From NCBI GenBank assembly GCA_002794465.1, contig MTSL01000165.1, positions 3,271 through 35,270 on the forward strand: a stretch of 32,000 nt of DNA, given 5' to 3'. This document shows positions 1-8,600 of the stretch, piece by piece. Origin of the DNA: Paramicrosporidium saccamoebae KSL3. Taxonomy: Eukaryota > Fungi > Cryptomycota. Positions within the stretch are counted from its first letter, which is position 1. Each line of letters begins with the position of its first letter. The notes beneath the pieces were generated by a model. The model had not been told where the DNA came from. It saw only the letters and a list, made by a program, of their open reading frames with translations, and did not search any database. The position numbers and the translations under genes were made by a program.

Positions 1-659
1 TGGCCACAACATGGACTATTTCGTCGCAGTGTCACGGGCGGTACCAGACGCCACGTAGCCGAGTGGGTAGAGGGTAGGACTTAGACCGACTACTAGCTGC
101 CGAGGGCTGATTCTCTTTTATGGCTTTTGACTCGCTCTATTCATCGATGAAATATCATTGGATTAATTTCGCGCTCAACGAGATATGGCATCATCTAACC
201 TGTCTGGGAGCAAACTAAAGTTTGCCCTTTGCCGAGACTACTACCGAGTACTACTGGTGAAAGACACTGAGTAAAGAGCACTGCCCTGAATAAATGAAAG
301 AAGAGGCAATTTTAGGATATTCTTGAGCAGAGACAACATTGCAGGTCATGCTGTGATCCAAATATAGTGACTTGAGAGGAAAGTTCTGTGCTAGGCAATA
401 CCATTAAGACATGGCGGACCTATTAGCCGCATCTGCTGTACAATTGGCCATGTTCAAGAGGGGGTCCTAATGAGGAGGATTTGGTTTTATAAATAAAGCA
501 AGTATTTAATAGAACCAGCTTTTTAGCGCGTGGGATTACCGCATGTAGGATATAAAGACACTCCGGGATGAAGGCATTACGGATGTCTTGGTTGGCACTG
601 AGCCAAACATGTTGTTTCCGTGAGTAACACTGGGGATCAGCTTTGGCTTTTACTGCCAT

Positions 660-790
660 TGTCACGTAGTGGGGATAAAACCACCGACGGGAAGGGGGGT
701 TGTTCGCTGCTAATCCTAGAATGGTATGGATACACATCTCACTGTCCTCAAATACCCAGCAACTAATCAACCCTCTGCCTCTACGTCAGA
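660..790 (-). mobile_element. Short interspersed solo-LTR/MITE-like element, copy 1 (131 bp)
   Basis: Plus-strand ends are TGTCACGTAGTGGGGATAA and CTCTACGTCAGA. Perfect 4-bp direct repeat CCAT at 656-659 and 791-794. Interior shares blocks with copies 2, 3 and 4. Strand is by convention (TGTGACGTAG-type end taken as 5'). Confidence 0.75.
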
Positions 791-979
791 CCATAATAAT
801 GATCGTAGAAAGGGTAGCATGATAAATTATGGCCTGATTATCTGTATAATCCTCAATAGTAACTGACTCTAATCATCACACGATGCAAAGTCTTTAAACT
901 ACACATTATCAACATTGCTAATTTCTAATCATGGATGTCTTGGCATTATTACTCATTCCGGATATACCCTGGCTAACGA

Positions 980-2455
980 ATGGCTTCGGAAGTGACGGAA
1001 AACTTGGCAACCATGAGTTTGGAGCGTTTCGGCACCATCCCCACTACCTTTGCCAGCATCCCGCATGGTGCAGAGATTAAGAGCATGTCTGAAATTGACC
1101 CGGTGGCAGACATTGGGAAGCGCGTGACACTGCGGGCCAGACTGCATAATGTGCGTGGAACGGCAAAGAATGCATTCCTAGTGCTACGAGAACGCCATAT
1201 GGCCATCCAAGCCGTCTTTTTTGTGGGCGAAAATGTCACAAAGGAAATGGTTAAATTTGCAGCAAACATTACCAAAGAATCGATTGTGGATGTGGGGGGT
1301 GAATTGGTGAGCAGCACAGTAAAGAGCGAGCTGATTTCTTTCAAGACCTGCGAACTGCGAGCTGACATGATTTGGATTGTTAGTGCGGCAGGAGAACGTC
1401 TTCCCTTCCAAATTGATGATGCAGCTCGTGCTGAGGAGGCATCTGCCCCGGAGGAGACTCCCCTGCCCCGTGTGAATCTTGACACTCGTCTGAACAATCG
1501 CTGCGTAGATCTGCGCACTCCAGCCAACCAGGCCATTTTCCGGATGCAGGCGGGTATTTTGGAGATTGCCCGCGAATTTATGCAACGGCATCGATTCCAG
1601 GAGCTCCATACGCCAAAGCTGATTAGCGCAGCGAGCGAAGGAGGTGCAAATGTGTTCAAAGTGAGTTACTTCAAGAGTGACGCCTTTTTGGCACAATCGC
1701 CGCAGTTCTACAAGCAAATGGCCATCTGTGCCGACTTTGAGCGTGTCTATGAGGTGGGACCCGTGTTCCGTGCGGAAAACTCGTTTACCCATCGGCATAT
1801 GACTGAATTCACCGGACTCGATTTGGAAATGACATTCAAGACGGACTATCACGAGGTGGTGGATATGCTTGCTGCCATGCTGAATTTCCTTTTTGAGCAG
1901 CTACCAATCCGATTTGCCAAGGAGATGGAGGTGATTCGAGCCCAATACCCATCCAGCGAGTTTACCTTTTTGGAAAAGCCGCTGGTGTTGAATTACCGCG
2001 ATGGAGTGGCAATGCTGCGTGAGGCGGGAGTAGAGATGGAGGACTATGAAGACTTGAGCACGGAAAAGGAACGCCGCCTGGGACAGCTGGTGAAGGAAAA
2101 ATATGGAACCGACTTTTACATTTTGGACAAGTATCCTTTGTCGGTGCGTCCATTCTACACGATGCCGGCGCAAGAAGAGGGCTACAGCAACTCGTATGAC
2201 GTGTTCATGCGTGGCGAAGAGATTATGTCGGGAGCCCAACGTATCCACGATGTGACAATGCTGGAGGAACGGGCACGTCATCACGGAGTCGACATGAAGA
2301 CGGTGGAGGGATACATTGATGCGTTCCGCCACGGAGTACCGCCTCATGCGGGTGGAGGCATTGGTCTGGAACGTGTACTAATGTTGTTTATGGATTTGAA
2401 GAATATCCGCAAGACTTCCATGTTCCCTCGTGACCCCAACCGCATTACCCCCTAA
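980..2455 (+). CDS. DPS1: Cytosolic aspartyl-tRNA synthetase
   Basis: 491-aa intronless ORF. OB-fold anticodon domain (VTLRARLHNVR) and class IIb motifs PKLISAASEGGANVF, LAQSPQFYKQM, FRAENSFTHRHMTEF, GEEIMSGAQRIHD and PPHAGGGIGLERV...FPRDP. Confidence 0.97.
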   Translation: MASEVTENLATMSLERFGTIPTTFASIPHGAEIKSMSEIDPVADIGKRVTLRARLHNVRGTAKNAFLVLRERHMAIQAVFFVGENVTKEMVKFAANITKESIVDVGGELVSSTVKSELISFKTCELRADMIWIVSAAGERLPFQIDDAARAEEASAPEETPLPRVNLDTRLNNRCVDLRTPANQAIFRMQAGILEIAREFMQRHRFQELHTPKLISAASEGGANVFKVSYFKSDAFLAQSPQFYKQMAICADFERVYEVGPVFRAENSFTHRHMTEFTGLDLEMTFKTDYHEVVDMLAAMLNFLFEQLPIRFAKEMEVIRAQYPSSEFTFLEKPLVLNYRDGVAMLREAGVEMEDYEDLSTEKERRLGQLVKEKYGTDFYILDKYPLSVRPFYTMPAQEEGYSNSYDVFMRGEEIMSGAQRIHDVTMLEERARHHGVDMKTVEGYIDAFRHGVPPHAGGGIGLERVLMLFMDLKNIRKTSMFPRDPNRITP

Positions 2456-2544
2456 GAGTATGTTGGGGTATGTGGGGGAGTATAGTTGAAGTATGGTTGG
2501 AGTATGGCTGGAGTATGGTCGGGGTATGAGTATTAAAGTATGCG
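2456..2544 (+). repeat. Degenerate ~11-nt G/T-rich tandem repeat (GAGTATGGTTG-like)
   Basis: About 8-9 units with a GTAT core directly after the AspRS stop codon. Confidence 0.7.
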
Positions 2545-2725
2545 AAAAGAGTAATCCATGCTAGTTGACAGTAAAGAGAGCAGCATAATAATCATTTGCC
2601 AAATTCATTACAATGTCAGAGATTTTTCCTAAAGACTAGAGGGTTTACTGATATGGCGGTACGATAGGGATAAAATGCCGCTGTACTGGATCCGATAATT
2701 TATTAATGAACAAACTAAAACCTTG

Positions 2726-3997
2726 CTAGGCCTTGGTAAGATATTCTTCGTATTTGCGATAATGTTCCTGGTTCCGCTGCAGAATGGGCATGACAGGACC
2801 CAGCAATCGGATGAAATCGGCTTTGCTGAGAGTGACACATTTGACATCAGTGACGGCACGTACGGTGGCAGCACGGGGAGCGTCATAGATCAGAGCAAGT
2901 TCGCCGAAATAGTCGCCGGGACCGATTTTGGCAACCTCAACCTGTCCCTCTCCATTGCCCATAGTGACAACAGCAGCACCGGTCTCGATAATGTAAAATT
3001 CGTGACCCGTCTCTCCCTGTTGCACAATGGCGGCGTCGGTGGAAAACTGGGCAGGTTGTAAGGCGTCGCAGATGCGATAGAGTTCGCTGTCGTGCAGTGT
3101 ATGCAGCAGCGGCACAGAGCGTAGGAAACCTTCATAGAGTCGTCGTTTGCGGAACGACAAATCAATTACAATTCCCCGAAAGGTGGCCCGATCGACAGCC
3201 CATACCACCGAATCCTCCAACGCCTTTACCGTGGCCAATCGTGGACTGCCGTACATTAGCGCCAACTCACCAAAGGTATCACCTGCACCGTATTCCACCA
3301 TTTTTTCGCCATCCTTTAGTACCACAAAATGTCCAGAGTTGACAGTGTAGAAATAGTCGCCTTCGTCGCCCTGGCGGATCAATTCCACATCCTTTGGAAC
3401 GCGTTTCTCAAACATGGCGTCAATAATCTGTGCTAATTGTTCCTCATCCAAATTGCGGAACAATAAACTGTCTTTCACAGCCTCGCGGATACGGCGTTTG
3501 GTGGCTTCGTCCTTTTCAATGACCACGCGGTGGAATTGGCGCTGTTCCGACGGAGTGTACGGTTCGGCACTAATGCTGTACCGACGCCCCGCATTAAAGC
3601 CCTGCGGATATCGCACCGGTCCACCCGACACTGCTCGGGCTGCCTCATCACGTGCCGTTTCTGACCATCCCGCCGTACTCGGTGCTTCGTCCAATGCGCG
3701 CTTACGTTCTGCCGCGCTGTCCCAATTGAAGGCGGCAAAGTCTTCTTCGCATGAGTGCGTCGTTTCGGTGTGGAACGGTCGTGAAGGCTTTGACGCCTGA
3801 CACAGCGCCGTCTTGAACACTTCTTCGTAGTTGGAAACGGAATGGCCCTGTTCGCGTCGTTGCACCAACGACTCCAGCGCCGTCACTGCACTCAATATCG
3901 GTCGTTCCGGTTGCTGTTGTGCCAGCACCTTTGTCAGTTCCTTAAAGAGGCGTTCCAAGTCATGCTTGGCTATATAGTCGGCACTGCCACCTTCCAT
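2726..3997 (-). CDS. BCY1: cAMP-dependent protein kinase regulatory subunit
   Basis: 423 aa from ATG 3997 (MEGGSADY). N-terminal docking-like helix, inhibitory site RRYSISAE, and two cNMP cassettes FGELALMYGSPRLATV and FGELALIYDAPRAATV. The longer ORF start at 4075 lies in a tandem repeat. Confidence 0.95.
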   Translation of the reverse strand: MEGGSADYIAKHDLERLFKELTKVLAQQQPERPILSAVTALESLVQRREQGHSVSNYEEVFKTALCQASKPSRPFHTETTHSCEEDFAAFNWDSAAERKRALDEAPSTAGWSETARDEAARAVSGGPVRYPQGFNAGRRYSISAEPYTPSEQRQFHRVVIEKDEATKRRIREAVKDSLLFRNLDEEQLAQIIDAMFEKRVPKDVELIRQGDEGDYFYTVNSGHFVVLKDGEKMVEYGAGDTFGELALMYGSPRLATVKALEDSVVWAVDRATFRGIVIDLSFRKRRLYEGFLRSVPLLHTLHDSELYRICDALQPAQFSTDAAIVQQGETGHEFYIIETGAAVVTMGNGEGQVEVAKIGPGDYFGELALIYDAPRAATVRAVTDVKCVTLSKADFIRLLGPVMPILQRNQEHYRKYEEYLTKA

Positions 3998-4034
3998 ATC
4001 CGTCCCTGGCCCCAAGGGGGGTGATTTGGAAGGG

Positions 4035-4149
4035 GAATAATGGGTGGGGAGCAACAAACTGTGAGTAATCGGCAATGAATAATGGGTGAGAGAGTAACAA
4101 ATAGTGAGTAATCAGCAATGAATAGTGGGTGGGTGAGTAATCAGAAAAT
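4035..4149. repeat. ~42-bp minisatellite, 2.7 units
   Basis: Units at 4035-4076, 4077-4119 and 4120-4149 (GAATAATGGGTG...GTGAGTAATCAGCAAT), upstream of the PKA-R gene. Confidence 0.75.
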
Positions 4150-4382
4150 GTGAATCCAATCATCAATTAATGGATCTACCAATTTCATGCTTCAGGGTTT
4201 GGTTCATGTATATCATTTCAATCTATACACTATTCGTATCAGCGATAGTATCTATATACCATTACATCATTTATGAAAGTTCTATTGCTCGCATTGTTTA
4301 TCAATTGCATTCTACTAGTACTTTACTCATTCCCCTCCCCAATCATTCGCCCACAGACGTCGCTCTAATTTATTGTACACGT

Positions 4383-5045
4383 TTATTGAAATACGGCCTT
4401 GTGCCACGCATCAAACGGTTGTCGATCACCCACCAGTTTTGCTTGGCGTCCTTCCCTCCACACTAACCACAGAACAGCCAAATTCAATGCCAATCCCACA
4501 CATTCGGCCACCAATAGCAGCGTTGCGGGCACCAACATTACCGTTAGGCTTTCTTCATATTGTCCCTTCATCAGTTCATAACATCCCATCTCCTCTGCGT
4601 ATTTGGTGCACGGCTCTTGGATGCGGTCTGTGTAGTTGTGGAAACCACAGCATTGTCCCCATGATTCGATTTGCAGAATAGTTCCATTGTCAGAGTCCAT
4701 CCAGACGCGGTCCAGGTATCCCTCCACCTCTGGATCCTTCATGCTCATGCCCACCGAGGAAACTCCCCAGATTGTCACTCCAATGGCCGCCAGCATGAGT
4801 AGTGAATAACCCACCAACGCCGGTGAGTTTCGGTCATTCGTCGCTCCCACCGCCCCCAGCGCCGTCACAAACATCAGAATAATGCCCAGCACCAGACCAC
4901 CGATGAGGATGGCGCGCGGCGCAATGGCGAGAATGGGCGACGTCGCCAATAGCGTCAACGACAGGATGGCCATGGCGAGTCCCGCACACGCCAGCATCAC
5001 TTGGTAGAAGAAGACTACGCGTCGAAAGTTGAGCACCGTAAACAT
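4383..5045 (-). CDS. Tetraspanin
   Basis: 220 aa with four hydrophobic segments. The large loop between TM3 and TM4 has the CCG motif (QCCGF) plus two more Cys (EPCTK, MGCYE). Confidence 0.85.
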   Translation of the reverse strand: MFTVLNFRRVVFFYQVMLACAGLAMAILSLTLLATSPILAIAPRAILIGGLVLGIILMFVTALGAVGATNDRNSPALVGYSLLMLAAIGVTIWGVSSVGMSMKDPEVEGYLDRVWMDSDNGTILQIESWGQCCGFHNYTDRIQEPCTKYAEEMGCYELMKGQYEESLTVMLVPATLLLVAECVGLALNLAVLWLVWREGRQAKLVGDRQPFDAWHKAVFQ

Positions 5046-5174
5046 GGATGCAGTGAGTCAATTGGTGAGTCGTATGCCGCAATGCCAAGATTGTCTATTT
5101 ATGGGAATGCAACACAACAATCGCAGAATGGGTTTCATTGGTTGAAATATTATATTGGATAATGTTGGGAACTA

Positions 5175-6767
5175 TCAATCTTCCTCCGTGGCAGTGTCGT
5201 CTGCTTCAGAGGCTGCCTCACTCTCGGAGCCTTCTTCCTCATTAGAGTCTTCATCGCTATTAAAGTCTTCGTCATACTCTTCCCCTACACTAGATTCGTC
5301 ACCGCCGTCATCGTAGTCCTCGTCGGGTGAACTCTCGTCATCCCCATTCATGCGCATCCTCTTTACCGCCGCCTCGTCTTCCGAGTCGCTAAATTCCTTG
5401 GTCACCTTTTTGCGTCGGCCCTCGTCTTCATCCTTGGATCGGAAGTCAATGTTCTTTTGTTTCAAAAAGTCCTCCAAGAATTGGTATTCCTCCTTGGCAA
5501 TATTGCTAAAGGACACGTCCTGACCCGACTTGAGGTAAAATTTAAGATCAAAGCTGCGCGGGTTGCCAGAACCAGAGCCCATTCGCGCAAACTCGACATG
5601 TGAGATTTCTCCATTTGGGATGAGCGTGACGGGCTTGGGCAGGAACAGGATGTTGCGCTCCAGAGGATACAGGAACCCTTCGTTGGCCTTGAACGCGCAT
5701 TTGATCGAATTTCCATTGCCCTGACTACGGAATGAGCCCGGCACAATAATCTTTTGTCCTGCAAGCAAACGGAACAGAGTGCTGACCACTTCAAAGGTGG
5801 GGGCATCGTATTGCATCTGCAGCTTTCCCTCGTATTTGCTCTTTATGGTCTCTTCGTCAATGTTTTGAAGGGCCACTTCAATTTCCTCGTCCTTGTTGAA
5901 CTGGAAAACGAGGAAGGGATAGCGTGTTTGTCCCTGTCGGATGGGGGGATCGAGTGCCAGCACAAACAAGACGTGCATCTCATCCGCCTTTGGGAGAAGG
6001 AACAACTTGACGATGCTGCTATACAGAATTTTGTGGTCATAACTCTTTCCATGGAGACGCAGATAAGATGGCGTCATGTCCATTTGGAAGCGTCCTCGAG
6101 GAACAATACAAGGGAGCTCGGGGAGCGAGACAATCACTTCGCCAGTCACTTGGTTCATTTCCGAGAAGCCCTTGATCTTTTCGCACAGCGACTTTGCGGC
6201 GTCCAAACCTTCGTCGCCCTCTTCTGCAGAGTCGCTCTCGTTTCCGGGAACATATAGCCGCATCTCTACCAGCGTGTCCGTCTTTTTGTCCACATTCTCC
6301 GGCTGGGAGAATTCAATGGCAATTTCGTCCTTGATGGTGACGACTGCATTAGTGACTTCCTTTAAGGGCAGGTCAAATGCCATTCTGTCGCCAACCTTGA
6401 ATTCCAGATGGTTGCCATCAATCTCTGCCTTTCCCCAATTCCAACCCTTTACCGAGAGCTCTTTGGTTTCAAACGGCACCTGGTAGTGTTCCTTGACAAA
6501 ATCCTTCAGCTCCTCCAGTGCCTCTGCTGGGAGACCATCAAATTTGTGCACAGACCCGTCCTTCAAGTAGATGCGCAGCTCATAACCACGCATGGCACGA
6601 AACCAGGCGATGCTGCTAAAGTCTGCCGAGGCGAGGGTGGTGACTTGAGCAGTGCTACTCTCCTTCCAGCCCAGTCCACCTTGCGCCAATTTCAGCTTTC
6701 CAGCACTCTTGGCGGTGAGCGACTGGAGGTAGACTTGGTCATAAGACAGTGTTCCCGCGTCGAGCAT
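5175..6767 (-). CDS. POB3: FACT complex subunit POB3/SSRP1 (no HMG box)
   Basis: 530 aa from ATG 6767. Motifs GGLGWK, LSVKGWNWG, PRGRF...LRLHGKSYD, LDPPIRQGQTRYPFLV and GFLYPLE, with an acidic C-tail. The ORF-track start at 6887 is GTG and overlaps the SF3B5 gene. Confidence 0.95.
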   Translation of the reverse strand: MLDAGTLSYDQVYLQSLTAKSAGKLKLAQGGLGWKESSTAQVTTLASADFSSIAWFRAMRGYELRIYLKDGSVHKFDGLPAEALEELKDFVKEHYQVPFETKELSVKGWNWGKAEIDGNHLEFKVGDRMAFDLPLKEVTNAVVTIKDEIAIEFSQPENVDKKTDTLVEMRLYVPGNESDSAEEGDEGLDAAKSLCEKIKGFSEMNQVTGEVIVSLPELPCIVPRGRFQMDMTPSYLRLHGKSYDHKILYSSIVKLFLLPKADEMHVLFVLALDPPIRQGQTRYPFLVFQFNKDEEIEVALQNIDEETIKSKYEGKLQMQYDAPTFEVVSTLFRLLAGQKIIVPGSFRSQGNGNSIKCAFKANEGFLYPLERNILFLPKPVTLIPNGEISHVEFARMGSGSGNPRSFDLKFYLKSGQDVSFSNIAKEEYQFLEDFLKQKNIDFRSKDEDEGRRKKVTKEFSDSEDEAAVKRMRMNGDDESSPDEDYDDGGDESSVGEEYDEDFNSDEDSNEEEGSESEAASEADDTATEED

Positions 6768-6800
6768 ATTTACGGCGCCGCCGGGCCTGGTCCACCCCCG

Positions 6801-7198
6801 ATGGATGGGATAAGTTTCAACCAGCTTGAGCACTGTACTGGCTCGTTTCTCATCTAATATTATAGTGCAGGCAAAATATGTGGGCACGGGTCATTCCGAC
6901 ACTACTAGAAAGTACCCCGATTAGACATCTAACAGTTAGGGAGTGGCTTGAGACTCAACACAAGGATACTTTTGCGTCCTTCCTGGGTCATTCTAATCTT
7001 GTAAAGTACGTTTCGGTGGCCACTGGCGAGTGTTCTGCTCGAACGAGGCTCAACTTGCTGACTAGCATGCTGGTGCCACTAGTCAAACAACATGAATGTG
7101 AGCCGACGTATCAGCCTGAATTCTTATCTGGTGCTGCGACGACCGTACCAAAGCCACCCGTAGATGATCAAGGTGAAGAGGACATGGCTCTAGACTAA
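6801..7198 (+). CDS. SF3B5: Splicing factor 3B subunit 5 (SF3b10/Ysf3), 3 exons
   Basis: join(6801..6834,6866..6911,6940..7198), with GT-AG introns of 31 and 28 nt carrying CTAAT/CTAAC branch sites. Spliced product MDGISFNQLEHLQAKYVGTGHSDTTRKEWLETQHKDTFASFLGH... matches the SF3B5 signature QLEHLQSKYxGTGHADT.KxEW...HRD...S..GH. 112 aa. Confidence 0.92.
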
Positions 7199-7482
7199 CG
7201 AACCATAACCTAGAAGAGCCGTTTTATGTTTATATTCAATGAATCGAGTCCCTTGTATTAGGTATATCGAATCGTCTATATTCAGCGTATCGAGTTGGTC
7301 GTATTCAGTGCATTGAATCGGTCACTCTGTATTAAGCGTTCCACGTCCGTTACGCAATAACCTATGTTCATTACATGGAATTCTCCATGTCCATTATATG
7401 GAACCTTTAACTCTTGCACCACTTGGTACTCATCAATTCCCCCCCTCTCTCTTCACCCCATTGTTTTCGACTATTCCTCTTG

Positions 7483-7575
7483 ATTGGCTAGAATGGGCCA
7501 ATAACGTGGAACGTAGGGCATTGTGCATTGTTTGGTAAACGGCCAATTGGCGTTCAGCAAAGGTTTGGGGATTGG
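7483..7575. promoter_or_regulatory. CCAAT-box cluster upstream of Rac
   Basis: Five CCAAT/ATTGG pentamers at 7483, 7498, 7543, 7546 and 7571. Confidence 0.55.
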
Positions 7576-7670
7576 TCAGCGGTGAGGCCGTTCTTGTTTG
7601 CCAAAGCCCAAGCCAAGACCGCAGTCGCAACCGCAACCTCGACTGCAAGCAGCACTCCAAGGAAATGGCT

Positions 7671-8279
7671 ATGCAGGCAATCAAATGTGTAGTAGTGGGA
7701 GACGGAGCCGTCGGTAAGACATGCCTTCTCATCAGCTACACCACAAACGCGTTCCCTGGGGAGTATATCCCCACAGTATTTGATAACTATTCTGCAAATG
7801 TGCAGGTCGATGGCAAGCCCATCAGTCTGGGGTTGTGGGACACGGCGGGCCAGGAAGACTATGACCGACTGCGTCCTCTGAGCTATCCGCAAACAGATGT
7901 CTTTCTGATTACCTTTTCGCTGGTAAATCCCGCTTCGTTCCAGAATGTCAAAACAAAGTGGGTCCCTGAACTGCAGCATCACTGTCCTGGCACTCCATTC
8001 CTCCTTGTTGGGACTAAGCTGGATCTACGAGATGACGAAGAGACCATCTCCAAATTGTCGGAGCGCAAGCAGGCGCCCGTCACTTATGCACAAGGTGTCG
8101 CTTTGGCCCGCGAAATTGGCGCCGTAAAGTATCTGGAATGCTCGGCACTGACACAAAAGGGACTAAAGAATGCCTTTGACGAGTCGATCAGGGCAGTGCT
8201 CTACCCACAACCCGTCGGAAAGAAGGGGAAGAAAGATTTGGCAGGTGGAAAGAAGAAGAGAAAGTGTTCTATTCAGTGA
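7671..8279 (+). CDS. RAC1: Rho-family GTPase Rac
   Basis: [17 protein letters not shown], effector loop YIPTVFDNY, Rac-diagnostic Trp in [18 protein letters not shown] and YLECSAL, then a polybasic tail and CaaX CSIQ. Alternative ATG at 7665. Confidence 0.95.
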   Translation: MQAIKCVVVGDGAVGKTCLLISYTTNAFPGEYIPTVFDNYSANVQVDGKPISLGLWDTAGQEDYDRLRPLSYPQTDVFLITFSLVNPASFQNVKTKWVPELQHHCPGTPFLLVGTKLDLRDDEETISKLSERKQAPVTYAQGVALAREIGAVKYLECSALTQKGLKNAFDESIRAVLYPQPVGKKGKKDLAGGKKKRKCSIQ

Positions 8280-8438
8280 ACTACTTTGTTGAATAAAATT
8301 CTCCAAACTATCTAGCGGTGTGTCGTGTTGTCTTGTCTTGTTTTGTATTGTACTTGTTATTATTGTTAGCAGGTCAGGGGTGGTGGTTAACAGCAGATCC
8401 AAAGATTAGGAATATGGGACTATAAATGTGAAAGAGTG

Positions 8439-8508
8439 TATTTATTGATCAGAAATAACGAGTTTCAGTGATTGCATAAGCGTCTATTTATTAATCAGGA
8501 ATAACGGG
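8439..8508. repeat. 24-bp direct repeat pair
   Basis: TATTTATTGATCAGAAATAACGAG at 8439-8462 and TATTTATTAATCAGGAATAACGGG at 8485-8508, 21/24 identical. Each reads AATAAA on the minus strand, downstream of the 944-aa gene. Confidence 0.6.
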
Positions 8509-8600
8509 TTGTGGACATGAAAGATATATCCACTACTCAGAGCATTGGTCGGAGAGTCATGATTACTAACGCACATCTCCTACTTAGACCTGGTATAAAC

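Noticed and set aside
1-84. Possible 3' end of an upstream gene (…GGTRRHVAEWVEGRT*), faintly ankyrin-like
   Set aside because: Only 27 codons are visible and the similarity is too weak to support a call.
52-125. tRNA gene (A-box-like TAGCCGAGTGG at 56-66)
   Set aside because: No B-box/TTC loop and no closing acceptor stem, so no cloverleaf can be built.
85-659. Pseudogene or ORF 423..770
   Set aside because: No recognisable motif, stop density in the frame read is like random sequence, and ORF 423..770 starts inside element copy 1.
707-716. tRNA-Ser(GCT)-derived SINE origin suggested by CTGCTAATCC in copies 1 and 4
   Set aside because: Only a 10-nt resemblance to an anticodon arm. There are no A/B boxes or poly(A) tail, and TG..CA ends with short fixed-length TSDs do not fit a SINE.
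6878-7198. Stand-alone 106-aa ORF MWARVIP…
   Set aside because: It is the third exon of SF3B5 read with out-of-frame upstream sequence.
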